A DNA stretch of 64,000 nucleotides from Clostridia bacterium. Its GTDB lineage: Bacteria; Bacillota; Clostridia; Christensenellales; CAG-138. This document shows, in pieces, positions 46,380 through 55,792 of this stretch (position 1 is the first letter of the stretch; the number at the start of each line of letters is the position of its first letter). The notes beneath the pieces were generated by a model. It ran no database searches. It had not been told where the DNA came from and saw nothing but the letters and a program-made list of their open reading frames with translations. The translations under genes and the position numbers were made by a program. The stretch spans positions 29,716-93,715 of the forward strand of contig JAFZYC010000078.1 in NCBI GenBank assembly GCA_017616435.1. The letters are read 5' to 3'.

Positions 46380-47210
46380 ATGGGCATCATTCTCGGGATC
46401 GACGTGGGCGGCTCCACGACTAAGATCGTTGGTATGCATCCGGATCGTACTCTTATCTCTACAATGATGGTCAAAGCTTACGACCAGCTTACATCGCTTT
46501 ACGGCGCGCTCGGCAATTATATGGACACCAACTCCCTCCCGCTTTCGGATGTTGAACGCATCTACATCACAGGCGTCGGTGGCTCGTACCTCAGCGGCAA
46601 CATTTACGGCATCCCCACTTACCGCGTGCAGGAGTTCTCCGCGATCGGCAAAGGCGGACTTTGGCTTTCCGGTTTGGAGAAAGCGATCGTTATCAGCATG
46701 GGCACCGGTACCGCGTTTGTAAAGGCCGACCTAAAGGAGGATAACTATATCCATCTCGGCGGCAGCGGAGTAGGCGGCGGCACTTTGGTTGGCCTTGGCC
46801 GAAGGCTCACCTCCGCGGAGGATTTTGAGGCGCTTTGCGCACTCGCTAAAAAAGGCAGTTTGAAAAACGTCGATCTGACCATCGGCGCGATCTCGAAGGA
46901 AAGCATTTCGACGTTGGGCGCCGATATCACGGCCGCCAACTTCGCCAACCTCAACAGCTACACGACGGAAGCCGATATTGCGCTCGGCCTTATCAACTTG
47001 GTACTGCAGACTGTATTCTCACTCGGCATATTCGCCGCGAGAGGAACGGATAATCCCGAAGGGCCGATAGTTTTGACAGGATCGCTCACCGATCTTGAGC
47101 AGATCGAGGCAACGATAGAAAGCTTTGCTGTGCTGTATCCCAACAAGTTTATTCTTCCCCCTCAAGCTGCGTTCGCAACGGCGATAGGCGCCGCGCTCCA
47201 TGGCTGCTGA
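46380..47210 (+). CDS. Type II pantothenate kinase (CoaW-like)
   Basis: GIDVGGSTTK, SMGTGT, GSGVGGGTL, DLTIGAI, AANFA, AIGAAL (ASKHA fold). Confidence 0.82.
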   Translation: MGIILGIDVGGSTTKIVGMHPDRTLISTMMVKAYDQLTSLYGALGNYMDTNSLPLSDVERIYITGVGGSYLSGNIYGIPTYRVQEFSAIGKGGLWLSGLEKAIVISMGTGTAFVKADLKEDNYIHLGGSGVGGGTLVGLGRRLTSAEDFEALCALAKKGSLKNVDLTIGAISKESISTLGADITAANFANLNSYTTEADIALGLINLVLQTVFSLGIFAARGTDNPEGPIVLTGSLTDLEQIEATIESFAVLYPNKFILPPQAAFATAIGAALHGC

Positions 47211-47305
47211 CAGGTAAATACTGTTAATTATATTTTAAAAAAATATGCACTTTTTCGACCGGATGTGCTATAATGTATTTATAAAGATTTCTTTGGGAGA
47301 GCGCA

Positions 47306-48862
47306 ATGTTCAGGATCGTTAAATACGTTGCTTCCGCTGTTGTCAGCGCAGCGGCGATCTATCTTATCGTAAAGACCGCAGGAGGCGTTTACGATAAAGG
47401 TATGACGTCCTATATAGACAACATCAACGCCGATGTCGAAGCCAAGCGCGCCGAGCTTGTTTCGACTGGCGTTTTTCATGATGGGGTTACCGTCAACGGC
47501 ATTCCGATAGGCGGACTGACTTTTGATGAAGCAAAAGAAGCCCTTCGTCCTTTCGAGTCGAGCTTGGTTCAGGATATTGGTTTTGAGCTCAAATACGGCG
47601 ATGATTCCACGCTCGAGATCGGCAGGGACTACTTCACAGTCGGATACAATACAGACGAGATACTTTCAGAGGCAATAATGCTTGCTAGCGACGGCGAGCT
47701 TGAGGCAATCAGGCAGCAGATAGACGACATTGCTCAAAACGGCCGCAATTACGAGATCAGTTATCAGGTCAAGATCGACGCCGACAGAGTGACTTCCGAG
47801 GTCACGGAAATCGGTGAATCGCTTAAAAAGTCTCCCAAGAACGCATCCTGCAAACCCAATCCCGACAGCGTCTACAACGGCGGTGACCGGTTCAAGTACA
47901 AAGAAGGCCGTAACGGTTACGAGGCCGATTATGAGAAAGCCATTGCGGAGATCCTCTCCCGCGCAGAATCCGGCGATTACGGAACTGTAGTTATGGAAGG
48001 CAGAGTGATCGAGCCCGATATCAAGCTTTCGGATCTCATGGGTAAGATCGTAAAGCGTTCATCCTACCGTACAAGCTTCGCTTCCGGTCAGTATGCTGCT
48101 CCCAACCGTGTATTCAATATCGATAAAGCAAGCAGGCTGGTTAACGGATACATTCTTCCTCCCAAGAGCAGCGATTCCGGAGATAAGAGCTATGTGTTCT
48201 CCATGAACTCCACCCTCGGCGACAGGACTGAGGCCCTTGGCTGGCTGCCCGCTCCCGGCTTTGTAAACGGCGGTGCAAACAGCGTCGATTCCCCCGGCGG
48301 CGGAGTCTGCCAGGTATCGAGCACGCTTTATAATGCTGTCATCCGTGCCGACCTTAAGATAGTTTACCGCATCAATCACTCCTCACACGTCGGTTATGTG
48401 CCATGGGGCCTTGATGCGACTATCGATACAGGAAGGATCGACTTCAAGTTCTCCAATAATACGAAGAGCAACATCTACATATTCATGTGGGTGAATGAGA
48501 GCAAGCAGACCTGCAACTGTGAGATCTGGGGCGAGCCCTTCCCCTCCAACTTCGATTCCATTGATTTCTATGCGGAACTCATCGAGGAGACTCCGCCCAC
48601 TGATACGGTCTACATCCAGACTTCGCAGCTCTCCGCGCCTTATTGGTACATCGGCAATCCCGCCAAGACCGGTTACAAGTATCAGTCTTATAAGCAGTAT
48701 TACAAGAACGGCGAAGCCATTGGTGAACCCATCAAGGTCGCCACTTCCGAATACAGGATGCATCCGAAGCGCATATACGTATGGCCCGGGTTCAACCCGG
48801 AATACGATGTCCTGTATCCCATCTACAGGATAGATCCGGAAGCCGAAGAAGAAGGCAATTGA
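47306..48862 (+). CDS. VanW-family, membrane-anchored putative peptidoglycan-binding protein
   Basis: N-terminal TM helix; GVTVNGIPIGGLT; VanW motifs FSMNSTLG, GGGVCQVSSTLYNA, GLDATID. Confidence 0.88.
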   Translation: MFRIVKYVASAVVSAAAIYLIVKTAGGVYDKGMTSYIDNINADVEAKRAELVSTGVFHDGVTVNGIPIGGLTFDEAKEALRPFESSLVQDIGFELKYGDDSTLEIGRDYFTVGYNTDEILSEAIMLASDGELEAIRQQIDDIAQNGRNYEISYQVKIDADRVTSEVTEIGESLKKSPKNASCKPNPDSVYNGGDRFKYKEGRNGYEADYEKAIAEILSRAESGDYGTVVMEGRVIEPDIKLSDLMGKIVKRSSYRTSFASGQYAAPNRVFNIDKASRLVNGYILPPKSSDSGDKSYVFSMNSTLGDRTEALGWLPAPGFVNGGANSVDSPGGGVCQVSSTLYNAVIRADLKIVYRINHSSHVGYVPWGLDATIDTGRIDFKFSNNTKSNIYIFMWVNESKQTCNCEIWGEPFPSNFDSIDFYAELIEETPPTDTVYIQTSQLSAPYWYIGNPAKTGYKYQSYKQYYKNGEAIGEPIKVATSEYRMHPKRIYVWPGFNPEYDVLYPIYRIDPEAEEEGN

Positions 48863-49231
48863 TCATTTCTTTGTTTTCGGTCTGAAAACAAGAGCAGTTA
48901 AATAACCGAACACGATCGCCGCGGATACTCCTGCGGCGGTCGCTTTTATTCCGCCGGTCAACGCGCCGAGTATTCCCTCCTCTCCCGCCCCCTTGAGCGC
49001 CCCCCTTGCCAATGCATATCCGAAACCGGTCAAGGGCACTGTCGCGCCTGCTCCGCCAAGCTTTACTACCGGTTCGTAGATCCCGACGCCTGTCAATACG
49101 ACTCCTGCTGTGACGAATACCACAAGCACTCTTGCAGGCGTTAACCTTGTGAGGCTGATCAGCAGCTGACCTATCACGCAGAGCGCTCCTCCGATTACGA
49201 ATGCCCATATATAGTCTCTGAATGCGCTCAC
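48863..49231 (-). CDS. spoVAE: Stage V sporulation protein AE
   Basis: AFVIGGALCVIGQLL, GAGATVPLTGFG. GTG start at 49231 overlaps the spoVAD stop. Confidence 0.92.
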   Translation of the reverse strand: MSAFRDYIWAFVIGGALCVIGQLLISLTRLTPARVLVVFVTAGVVLTGVGIYEPVVKLGGAGATVPLTGFGYALARGALKGAGEEGILGALTGGIKATAAGVSAAIVFGYLTALVFRPKTKK

Positions 49232-50265
49232 AGGCTTTTCCTTTCCAGCACGGCTGCATGTGCTATCGATGGTATCGTTTCGCCCTGGAGGGCTGACAGA
49301 GGGCTTAAAAGTGCTCCTGTCGCAACAAAAAGAATCCTTGACAGTTTCCCGCTGTTCAGATCGGGAAGTATCCGAGCGCTCAGCACTGAAGCGCAGCATC
49401 CGCATCCGCTTCCGCCGCACATAACATTCTGATCCGGGGAGAATATGATCATCCCGCAGTCGGAGTGATTATTACTCAAATCATATCCCTTTGCATCACA
49501 AAGCTCATATAGCATTTGAGTTCCGAAAGATCCGAGATCGCCCGTGAATATCCTGTCGTAATGATCGGGGCATATCCCATAATCGGCAAAATGCGTGCAT
49601 ATAGTTGACGCCGCGGCAGGTGCCATCGCCGCTCCCATATTGCTCGCGTCCGTAATTCCGTAATCCTGAACGCTGCCTATAGTTCCGCCGACGACGGCAA
49701 TATCGCTGTAGAACGGATCTTCGATCTTATAATCACTTGAACAAATAGCAACGGCCGCTGCGCCTGTAACGGTTCTCTGCGAAGTCGGGGACGACTGCGT
49801 ACCCATCTCGAGCGGATAGCGAAACTCTCTTTCCGATGATGAAAAATGGCTGCTTGCTCCGCATATCGAAAGGTCGGAGAATCCGCCGTCCGTGAGCATC
49901 GCAGCGGTAATAATGCTTTCCGCCATTGTTGAACATGCGCCGTACATCCCCATGAACGGAGATCGAAGTTCACGCGCGGCAAATCCGGCGGAGATTATCT
50001 GACTCAACAGATCGCCGCCGAGGAATATGTCGATATCCTCAGGCGATCGGTCGATCTTTCTAAGCGCGAGCTTCACTGCGCTCTGCAGCATCCTGCTTTC
50101 TGCCTGTTCCCAGCTGTCGAGTCCAACCGTATCATCCTTACAGACGACGTCGAACATCTTCCCCAAGGGTCCATCGCCCTCCTTATTACCGACAAAAGCA
50201 GCCGAAGATACGATCCTCGGCTTTAAAGGAAGAATAAACGATTGTCTTCCGATTTTCTTTTTCAT
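49228..50265 (-). CDS. spoVAD: Stage V sporulation protein AD
   Basis: KEGDGPLG, SWEQAE, GDLLSQ, YGACSTMAE, SNMGAAMAPAA, TGDLG, GGSGCGC, ATGALLSP. Confidence 0.96.
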   Translation of the reverse strand: MKKKIGRQSFILPLKPRIVSSAAFVGNKEGDGPLGKMFDVVCKDDTVGLDSWEQAESRMLQSAVKLALRKIDRSPEDIDIFLGGDLLSQIISAGFAARELRSPFMGMYGACSTMAESIITAAMLTDGGFSDLSICGASSHFSSSEREFRYPLEMGTQSSPTSQRTVTGAAAVAICSSDYKIEDPFYSDIAVVGGTIGSVQDYGITDASNMGAAMAPAAASTICTHFADYGICPDHYDRIFTGDLGSFGTQMLYELCDAKGYDLSNNHSDCGMIIFSPDQNVMCGGSGCGCCASVLSARILPDLNSGKLSRILFVATGALLSPLSALQGETIPSIAHAAVLERKSL

Positions 50266-50291
50266 ATCCGATCCTTAATGCTTGATGATAG

Positions 50292-50321
50292 TATTTTCAG
50301 CAGAAAGGAATCATTATATGC
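50292..50321 (-). promoter_or_regulatory. Possible forespore sigma-F/G-type promoter of spoVAD-AE
   Basis: GCATA-15 bp-GCTGAAAATA, one mismatch to GYATA-N15-GGnnAnAHTR. Confidence 0.35.
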
Positions 50322-50324
50322 AAT

Positions 50325-50347
50325 AAAAAAGAGGCCGAAGCCTCTTT
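50325..50347 (-). terminator. Terminator after eda
   Basis: AAAGAGGC-TTCG-GCCTC-TTTTTT (UUCG tetraloop) on the minus strand. Confidence 0.8.
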
Positions 50348-50362
50348 GCGTTCTTTTTTAGT

Positions 50363-50998
50363 TCATTCAAGAGCCAAATAAAACTCGGCAGCGGCGTTTT
50401 TGATCCTTTCCATATCTTTGCTTTCGATCGCATCTTTGATGTAAAGACTGCTGCTTATTCCGAATGCCGCAGCTCCTGCATCCGCGAATGCGCGGATGTT
50501 CTCCGTTGTTACTGCGGCGACCGCAGCCATTGGGATATGCGATAGCGGTGCGCGTACGGCCTTGAAATACTCGGCGCCGAGTATGCCGGCAGGGAAAACC
50601 TTTACTATGTCCGCGCCGAAAGAATACGCGGCCGAGATCTCGGTCGGAGTCATTGCCCCCGGTATAGATACCAGCCTGAGTTCTTTAGCCTCTTCGATAA
50701 CTGCTTTGTCCGTGTTCGGTGAAATGATGAACGAAGCTCCGGCTTTATATGCCGCCCTAACCTGCTCCGTATCCATAACGGTTCCTGCGCCTACAGCGGT
50801 ATCGGAAGGGAGCGCTCCTATCAGCTTCGAAATACAGTTTACTGTGGTCTCAATGGGCTTGTCTTGCTCGAAGGTCACCTCAAAAGCGCGAACGCCGCCT
50901 TCATACAGCGCCAACGAAGCGGGGATAAGATCATCTGCACCGATCCCTCTCGCGATAGCAATGAGTTTTGATTTTTTGATCAATTCAAGCGCATCCAT
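50363..50998 (-). CDS. eda: KDPG/KHG aldolase family protein
   Basis: FEVTF, VGAGTV, ISPN, PGAMTPTEI, Schiff-base Lys in VKVFPA. Confidence 0.85.
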   Translation of the reverse strand: MDALELIKKSKLIAIARGIGADDLIPASLALYEGGVRAFEVTFEQDKPIETTVNCISKLIGALPSDTAVGAGTVMDTEQVRAAYKAGASFIISPNTDKAVIEEAKELRLVSIPGAMTPTEISAAYSFGADIVKVFPAGILGAEYFKAVRAPLSHIPMAAVAAVTTENIRAFADAGAAAFGISSSLYIKDAIESKDMERIKNAAAEFYLALE

Positions 50999-51002
50999 TA
51001 TA

Positions 51003-51464
51003 TCAGATCATTCCTTTGAATCCGTTCTGTCTGAAAGCCTCGTAAACCACGACCGCGACCGAGTTTGAAAGATTCAGAGAGCGTTCGTTGGGTCTCATAG
51101 GGATCCTGTAAATGCAGTCTTTATGCGAGGACAGTATTTTTTCACCAAGACCAGCGGTCTCTTTTCCGAAAACGAGAAAGTCGCCTTCCCTGTATTCCGC
51201 CTCAGCATAGCTTCTATCAGCATGAGTAGAGAACAGGAAGAAGCGCGATCCTCTGTTCCTCTCCTCCACCTCTTCAAAGCTGTCGTAGTAATAGATCGAA
51301 AGATCTTTCCAATAATCAAGGCCGGCTCTTTTCAGCTGCCTGTCGTCAACGGAAAAGCCGAGCGGACGAACAAGATGCAGAGCGCAGCCCGTAACGGCGC
51401 AAGTCCTTGAAATGTTGCCGGTGTTTTGCGGTATCTCCGGCTCGACCAATACGATGTTGAACAT
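51003..51464 (-). CDS. trmL: tRNA (cytidine/uridine-34-2'-O)-methyltransferase
   Basis: VLVEPEIPQNTGN, RAGLDYW, FGKETAGL, RIPM, RSLNLSNS. Confidence 0.95.
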   Translation of the reverse strand: MFNIVLVEPEIPQNTGNISRTCAVTGCALHLVRPLGFSVDDRQLKRAGLDYWKDLSIYYYDSFEEVEERNRGSRFFLFSTHADRSYAEAEYREGDFLVFGKETAGLGEKILSSHKDCIYRIPMRPNERSLNLSNSVAVVVYEAFRQNGFKGMI

Positions 51465-51469
51465 GGGTA

Positions 51470-52510
51470 TCAATATGTACCTATCCCGTAGAAGAAGCAA
51501 TTTCCTTCGATAGTGGCGTAGTACTGCATGTAGCTCGCCCAAGTCGTTCCCAAATAAGCCGCCCGGTAGAAGAGCACCTTCTTGGGTAGCGTGGCTCCGT
51601 GTTCTTGGAAAACGTATCTTGCAGCCGCAAGCGTTTGCGCTGTAGGCTCAACTCCCTCCAGCGCGGATTCGGGAAGGAACTGGTTGTGCTGGAAAAGCAC
51701 TTCCGGTACTGTATCGGGGAAATGCCATGTCTCGTTCAGCACGCGGTTCAGGATAACGCTCGATATCGCACGCAGTCCGAGCTGTGTCGCGCCAGGCGCC
51801 TCAACAACGAGGAACCTCGCGACAAGTTCGACGTCCTCATCGGAGAATTGACCGGGAGAGACGGTATAGTAGGAAGGCTTAGGAGTGGGAGTAGGCGTAG
51901 GCCTCGGCGTTGCCGTGGGTTTCGGGGTCTTTGTGGGCTTGGGAGTAGGAGTTGCGGTCGGTTTTGGTGTTTTGGTCGGTTTAGGGGTTGGAGACGGCGT
52001 AGGCTTGGGAGTCTTAGTCGGCTTGGGTGCAGGAGAAGGAGTGGGCTTAGGGGTCGGCTCCGGAGTATCGGTCGGAACGGGAGTTGGCGCAGCGCCCAAT
52101 GTAATGAACTGCTTGGCAACGAATCCGGTATGGTTGCCGACTTTTACGCGGTACCATTCATCGGTCTCCCCCGTTATCACTACCTCCCTTCCGAAAAGGA
52201 GCATTGTCATAACGGCAGCGTCCTTTGAAGGCGAACGTCTGTAATTCACTCCGTTGCTGTTAACATAACCCGCAAGATCATCAAGGGGCAGTATTTCGAT
52301 CGGTTCTTCGGTAGGTTCTTCTGTCGGCACCTCGGTCGGTTCCTCGGTATCTATGATTTCGTCTGCGATGATCTCGTTATCCGAACTTTCGATGTTCATC
52401 CCGGGAATACCCGCGACAGGCACATCGATAACGGCGGTCTCGGGCGTTCTGCCGCACCCGACCGCGGATAACATGATTATCAATATAGCTGCCGCAAGTA
52501 ACCTTTTCAT
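51470..52510 (-). CDS. Lipoprotein cell-wall hydrolase (SH3 plus Hydrolase_2/SleB-like)
   Basis: Lipobox AVGC; SH3b VNYRRSPS...WYRV...GFV; Pro/Thr linker; [10 protein letters not shown]...VILNRV...NQF catalytic domain. Confidence 0.88.
   Translation of the reverse strand: MKRLLAAAILIIMLSAVGCGRTPETAVIDVPVAGIPGMNIESSDNEIIADEIIDTEEPTEVPTEEPTEEPIEILPLDDLAGYVNSNGVNYRRSPSKDAAVMTMLLFGREVVITGETDEWYRVKVGNHTGFVAKQFITLGAAPTPVPTDTPEPTPKPTPSPAPKPTKTPKPTPSPTPKPTKTPKPTATPTPKPTKTPKPTATPRPTPTPTPKPSYYTVSPGQFSDEDVELVARFLVVEAPGATQLGLRAISSVILNRVLNETWHFPDTVPEVLFQHNQFLPESALEGVEPTAQTLAAARYVFQEHGATLPKKVLFYRAAYLGTTWASYMQYYATIEGNCFFYGIGTY
51875..52087 (-). repeat. Low-complexity Pro/Thr/Lys linker (TPKPT repeats)
   Basis: [30 protein letters not shown]... 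with degenerate codons. Confidence 0.85.
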
Positions 52511-52544
52511 GATATCGATCCCTTTCTTCTGTTTGCTCCCCCTA

Positions 52545-53942
52545 TCAGACTATGTACTTGTTCAGATCCTCAGTCGTCTTTGACATATTAAGATGAGACT
52601 CGACATAAGCCCTGTCTATTACGATGTCTATAATTGGGTGATCCCCTGTTGCGTTGAAGGAAATATCGTCGAGCAGATTTTCGATTATCGTGTGGAGCCT
52701 TCTCGCTCCGATGTTCTCGCTGGTCTCGTTTGCCGCGAAAGCCGCTTCCGCAATAGCGTGTTTTGCGCCGTCGTCGAATGAAAGACGTACGTTATCTGTC
52801 TCAAGCAGTGCCTCGTACTGCTTTGTTACAGCGTTCTCCGGTTGTGTGAGTATCCGCTCGTAGTCTTCAACTGTGAGCGCGTTTAGCTTTACCCTTATCG
52901 GGAAACGGCCCTGAAGCTCCGGAATAAGATCGCTGACCTTCGAAACGTGGAATGCGCCGGCTGCGATGAAAAGCATGTAATCAGTCTTGACAGGCCCGTA
53001 TTTCGTGTTGACGGTACTGCCCTCAACTATGGGCAGTATGTCGCGTTGTACGCCCTCTCGCGAGACGTCGGCGCCGCCGATATTGCCTGATGCGGCTATC
53101 TTGTCGATCTCATCGATGAATATTATGCCGTCCTGCTCCGCACGTTCGATAGCGCGATCGATAACCTCGTCCATATCGATAAGCTTATCGGATTCTTCCG
53201 CAACGAGTATGCGGCGCGCCTCGGACACAGGCACCTTGCGCTGCTTTTTCTTTTTCGGCAGCATGCCCCCGAACATCTCGTTTATGTTGAGATCTATGCC
53301 CATAGCGAGCATTGCGTCATTACCGGAGTTGGATTCGGTGACTTCTACGGTGACTATCTCGTTCTCCAGATCGCCTCTGCGGAGCGCTTCCAGCGTGGAA
53401 CGGCGCTTTTCCGCTCTCTTGTATTTTTCTTCCTCGCTGACCTCCGGCTCAGAACCGCCGTCGGCTTTCGTGCCCAGGAGCATCTGCAGACCGAAAAGGT
53501 TCGCAGCCTTGCTGTGCTTCTTGTTTGCGGCAGGATCCTCGTTCAGCAGTTCGACGAGTCTCTGCTCCGCGGCAGCTTCCGCCATCATACGTACCTTTTC
53601 GTATTCGCCCTGTTTGCACAGCCTGATGGACGCTTCAACAAGATCTCGTACCATGGAATCTACGTCACGGCCGACGTATCCGACTTCGGTGAACTTAGTC
53701 GCTTCGACTTTGACAAAAGGCGCCTCGACGAGCTTGGCGAGCCTTCTTGAGATCTCTGTCTTGCCGACGCCGGTGGGACCCATCATGATGATATTCTTCG
53801 GAGTTATCTCCTCGCGCATTTCGACGGGAAGCCTCGATCTGCGGTAACGGTTGCGCAGAGCTATGGCGACGGAGCGCTTTGCTTCGTCCTGACCGATTAT
53901 GTATCTGTCGAGCTGTTCAACTATCTGTTTCGGAGTAAGCAT
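52545..53942 (-). CDS. hslU: ATP-dependent protease ATPase subunit HslU (ClpY)
   Basis: [45 protein letters not shown]. Start at ATG 53942 behind GGAGG. Confidence 0.97.
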   Translation of the reverse strand: MLTPKQIVEQLDRYIIGQDEAKRSVAIALRNRYRRSRLPVEMREEITPKNIIMMGPTGVGKTEISRRLAKLVEAPFVKVEATKFTEVGYVGRDVDSMVRDLVEASIRLCKQGEYEKVRMMAEAAAEQRLVELLNEDPAANKKHSKAANLFGLQMLLGTKADGGSEPEVSEEEKYKRAEKRRSTLEALRRGDLENEIVTVEVTESNSGNDAMLAMGIDLNINEMFGGMLPKKKKQRKVPVSEARRILVAEESDKLIDMDEVIDRAIERAEQDGIIFIDEIDKIAASGNIGGADVSREGVQRDILPIVEGSTVNTKYGPVKTDYMLFIAAGAFHVSKVSDLIPELQGRFPIRVKLNALTVEDYERILTQPENAVTKQYEALLETDNVRLSFDDGAKHAIAEAAFAANETSENIGARRLHTIIENLLDDISFNATGDHPIIDIVIDRAYVESHLNMSKTTEDLNKYIV

Positions 53943-53943
53943 A

Positions 53944-54480
53944 TCATACCTCCTCCACGGTAACGTTATTGTTGGTATAAACGCAAATATCGGATGCGAT
54001 AAGTATCGCCTTTTTCGCGATCTCATTTGCCGGCAGATCCGTATTCTGCTTCAAAGCCCTGGCGGCGGCAAGCGCATACATACCGCCGGAACCGATGGCG
54101 GCGATTCCGTCGTCGGGATAAATGACCTCGCCGGTTCCCGATACTATCAATAATTCATCCTTGTCGGCACAGATCAGGAGCGCCTGAAGCTGACGCATGA
54201 CCTTGTCGCTCCTCCAATCCTGCGCGAGAGCTACGGCTGCACGCGACAGACCGCCTCCGAACTGTTCGAGCTTGCTCTCGAACCTGTCGCATAGCGTGAA
54301 CGCATCCGCTACCGAGCCCGCAAATCCGACGACGACTTTATCGTTATAGATCCTGCGTACTTTTTTTGCGGTGTGCTTCATTATGGTATTTTCGCCCAAT
54401 GTCACCTGTCCGTCGCCAGCGATAGCGCAGCCGGTCTCTGACTTGACGGCTACTATTGTCGTACCCTTAAACTCTTCCAT
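53944..54480 (-). CDS. hslV: ATP-dependent protease subunit HslV (ClpQ)
   Basis: [35 protein letters not shown]. Confidence 0.97.
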   Translation of the reverse strand: MEEFKGTTIVAVKSETGCAIAGDGQVTLGENTIMKHTAKKVRRIYNDKVVVGFAGSVADAFTLCDRFESKLEQFGGGLSRAAVALAQDWRSDKVMRQLQALLICADKDELLIVSGTGEVIYPDDGIAAIGSGGMYALAAARALKQNTDLPANEIAKKAILIASDICVYTNNNVTVEEV

Positions 54481-55792
54481 CGAACAATCCTTCCTTACAT
54501 AATTCGTCGATCCTATTCAGCGCGCGTTCGGCTATCGCCGCGTATCTCGCACGCTTGTTTCGCGGTGCGTTGGGGATAGGATCGATTATCCCGAACGTTA
54601 CGTTCATCGGCTGAAAATCCGAGCCGTTGTATTCCGATACATAGTGGCCGAGAGAGCCGATAGCTGTATCGCTGCCGAAATCGATCAGCGGTTTGCCCAT
54701 CAGCCTTCTTGCAAGGTTCACACCCGCGGTAAAGCCGGACGATGCGCTCTCAACGTACCCTTCAACTCCCGTTATCTGCCCCGCGAAGAACAATCCATCG
54801 CGTGTTTTCAGTTCATAGACCGGGCTCAGCTTGCCGGGAGAATCCATATAAGAGTTGCGGTGCATAACGCCGTATCTGACGTATTCGGCGTTTTCAAGGC
54901 CGGGGATAAGGCCGAAAACGCGCCTCTGCTCCGGGAACCTAAGGTTGGTCTGGAAGCCGACGATATTGTAAAGCGTGCCGGCTTCGTTATCCTGCCGCAG
55001 CTGAACAACGGCGAAGGGCTGTTTCCCGGTTCTGGGATCTATGAGCCCGACCGGTTTCATCGGCCCGTATGCAAGCGTCATCTCGCCGCGCTTAGCCATG
55101 ATCTCGACAGGCATGCAGCCTTCGAATACGCGGGGCGTTTCAAAGCCATGCAGCGGAGCGGTCTCTGCCGAAACAAGCTCGCGTACGAACCTGAAATACT
55201 TTTCCGCGTCAAGCGGGCAATTGAGATAATCGGAGCCGGATCCCTTTTCGTATCTTGAAGACTCAAAGACCTTATCAAGATCCAGCGATTCCTTGGTTAC
55301 GATCGGCGCGGCGGCGTCGTGGAAATGGAGCGACGCGCCTACGGCCTTTTCGATGCTTTCAAGCATAGCTCCGTCCGTTAGAGGACCGGTCGCAACGACG
55401 CATGGGCCGTTGGGGATCTCCTCGATCTCGCAAGTTACGGTATCGATAAGCGGATGCGCTTTGATCCTTTCCGTAACGAGCTGAGAAAACACTGTTCTGT
55501 CAACTGCAAGCGCGCCGCCTGCAGGGACTCTTGAGGCCTCGGCGCATTCCATGATTAGAGAGCGCATACGCCGAAGCTCTTCTTTAAGAAGGCCGACCGC
55601 GTTTTCGATGTTGTCCGACCTTAAAGAATTGGAGCAGACAAGTTCGCAGTAAGTGCCGATCTTATGGGCGGGCGAAAGCCGATCGGGCTTCATATCGATT
55701 AGCGTTACAGGTATGCCCCGCTCCGCAAGCTGCCAAGCCGCTTCGCACCCAGCCAGCCCCGCACCTATTACTTTTGCTCGAACGCTGTCCAT
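54467..55792 (-). CDS. trmFO: Folate/FAD-dependent tRNA m5U54 methyltransferase
   Basis: [50 protein letters not shown]. Start at ATG 55792 overlaps the topA stop. Confidence 0.97.
   Translation of the reverse strand: MDSVRAKVIGAGLAGCEAAWQLAERGIPVTLIDMKPDRLSPAHKIGTYCELVCSNSLRSDNIENAVGLLKEELRRMRSLIMECAEASRVPAGGALAVDRTVFSQLVTERIKAHPLIDTVTCEIEEIPNGPCVVATGPLTDGAMLESIEKAVGASLHFHDAAAPIVTKESLDLDKVFESSRYEKGSGSDYLNCPLDAEKYFRFVRELVSAETAPLHGFETPRVFEGCMPVEIMAKRGEMTLAYGPMKPVGLIDPRTGKQPFAVVQLRQDNEAGTLYNIVGFQTNLRFPEQRRVFGLIPGLENAEYVRYGVMHRNSYMDSPGKLSPVYELKTRDGLFFAGQITGVEGYVESASSGFTAGVNLARRLMGKPLIDFGSDTAIGSLGHYVSEYNGSDFQPMNVTFGIIDPIPNAPRNKRARYAAIAERALNRIDELCKEGLFDGRV

Noticed and set aside
49232-49420. N-terminal extension of the spoVAE ORF in the track
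   Set aside because: Overlaps spoVAD in another frame; a GTG with an RBS at 49231 gives the normal-sized protein. Track extensions of lpdA, rnhA, trmFO, hslU, trmL, uvrB and the ABC ATPase were trimmed for the same reason.
51875-52087. Repeat region as a CRISPR array or DNA tandem repeat
   Set aside because: The repeats are at the protein level with varying codons; no spacers and no cas genes in the window.
54463-54480. Short N-terminal extension (MEEFKG) before the HslV catalytic Thr
   Set aside because: Short propeptides are common in Firmicute HslV and are not unusual.
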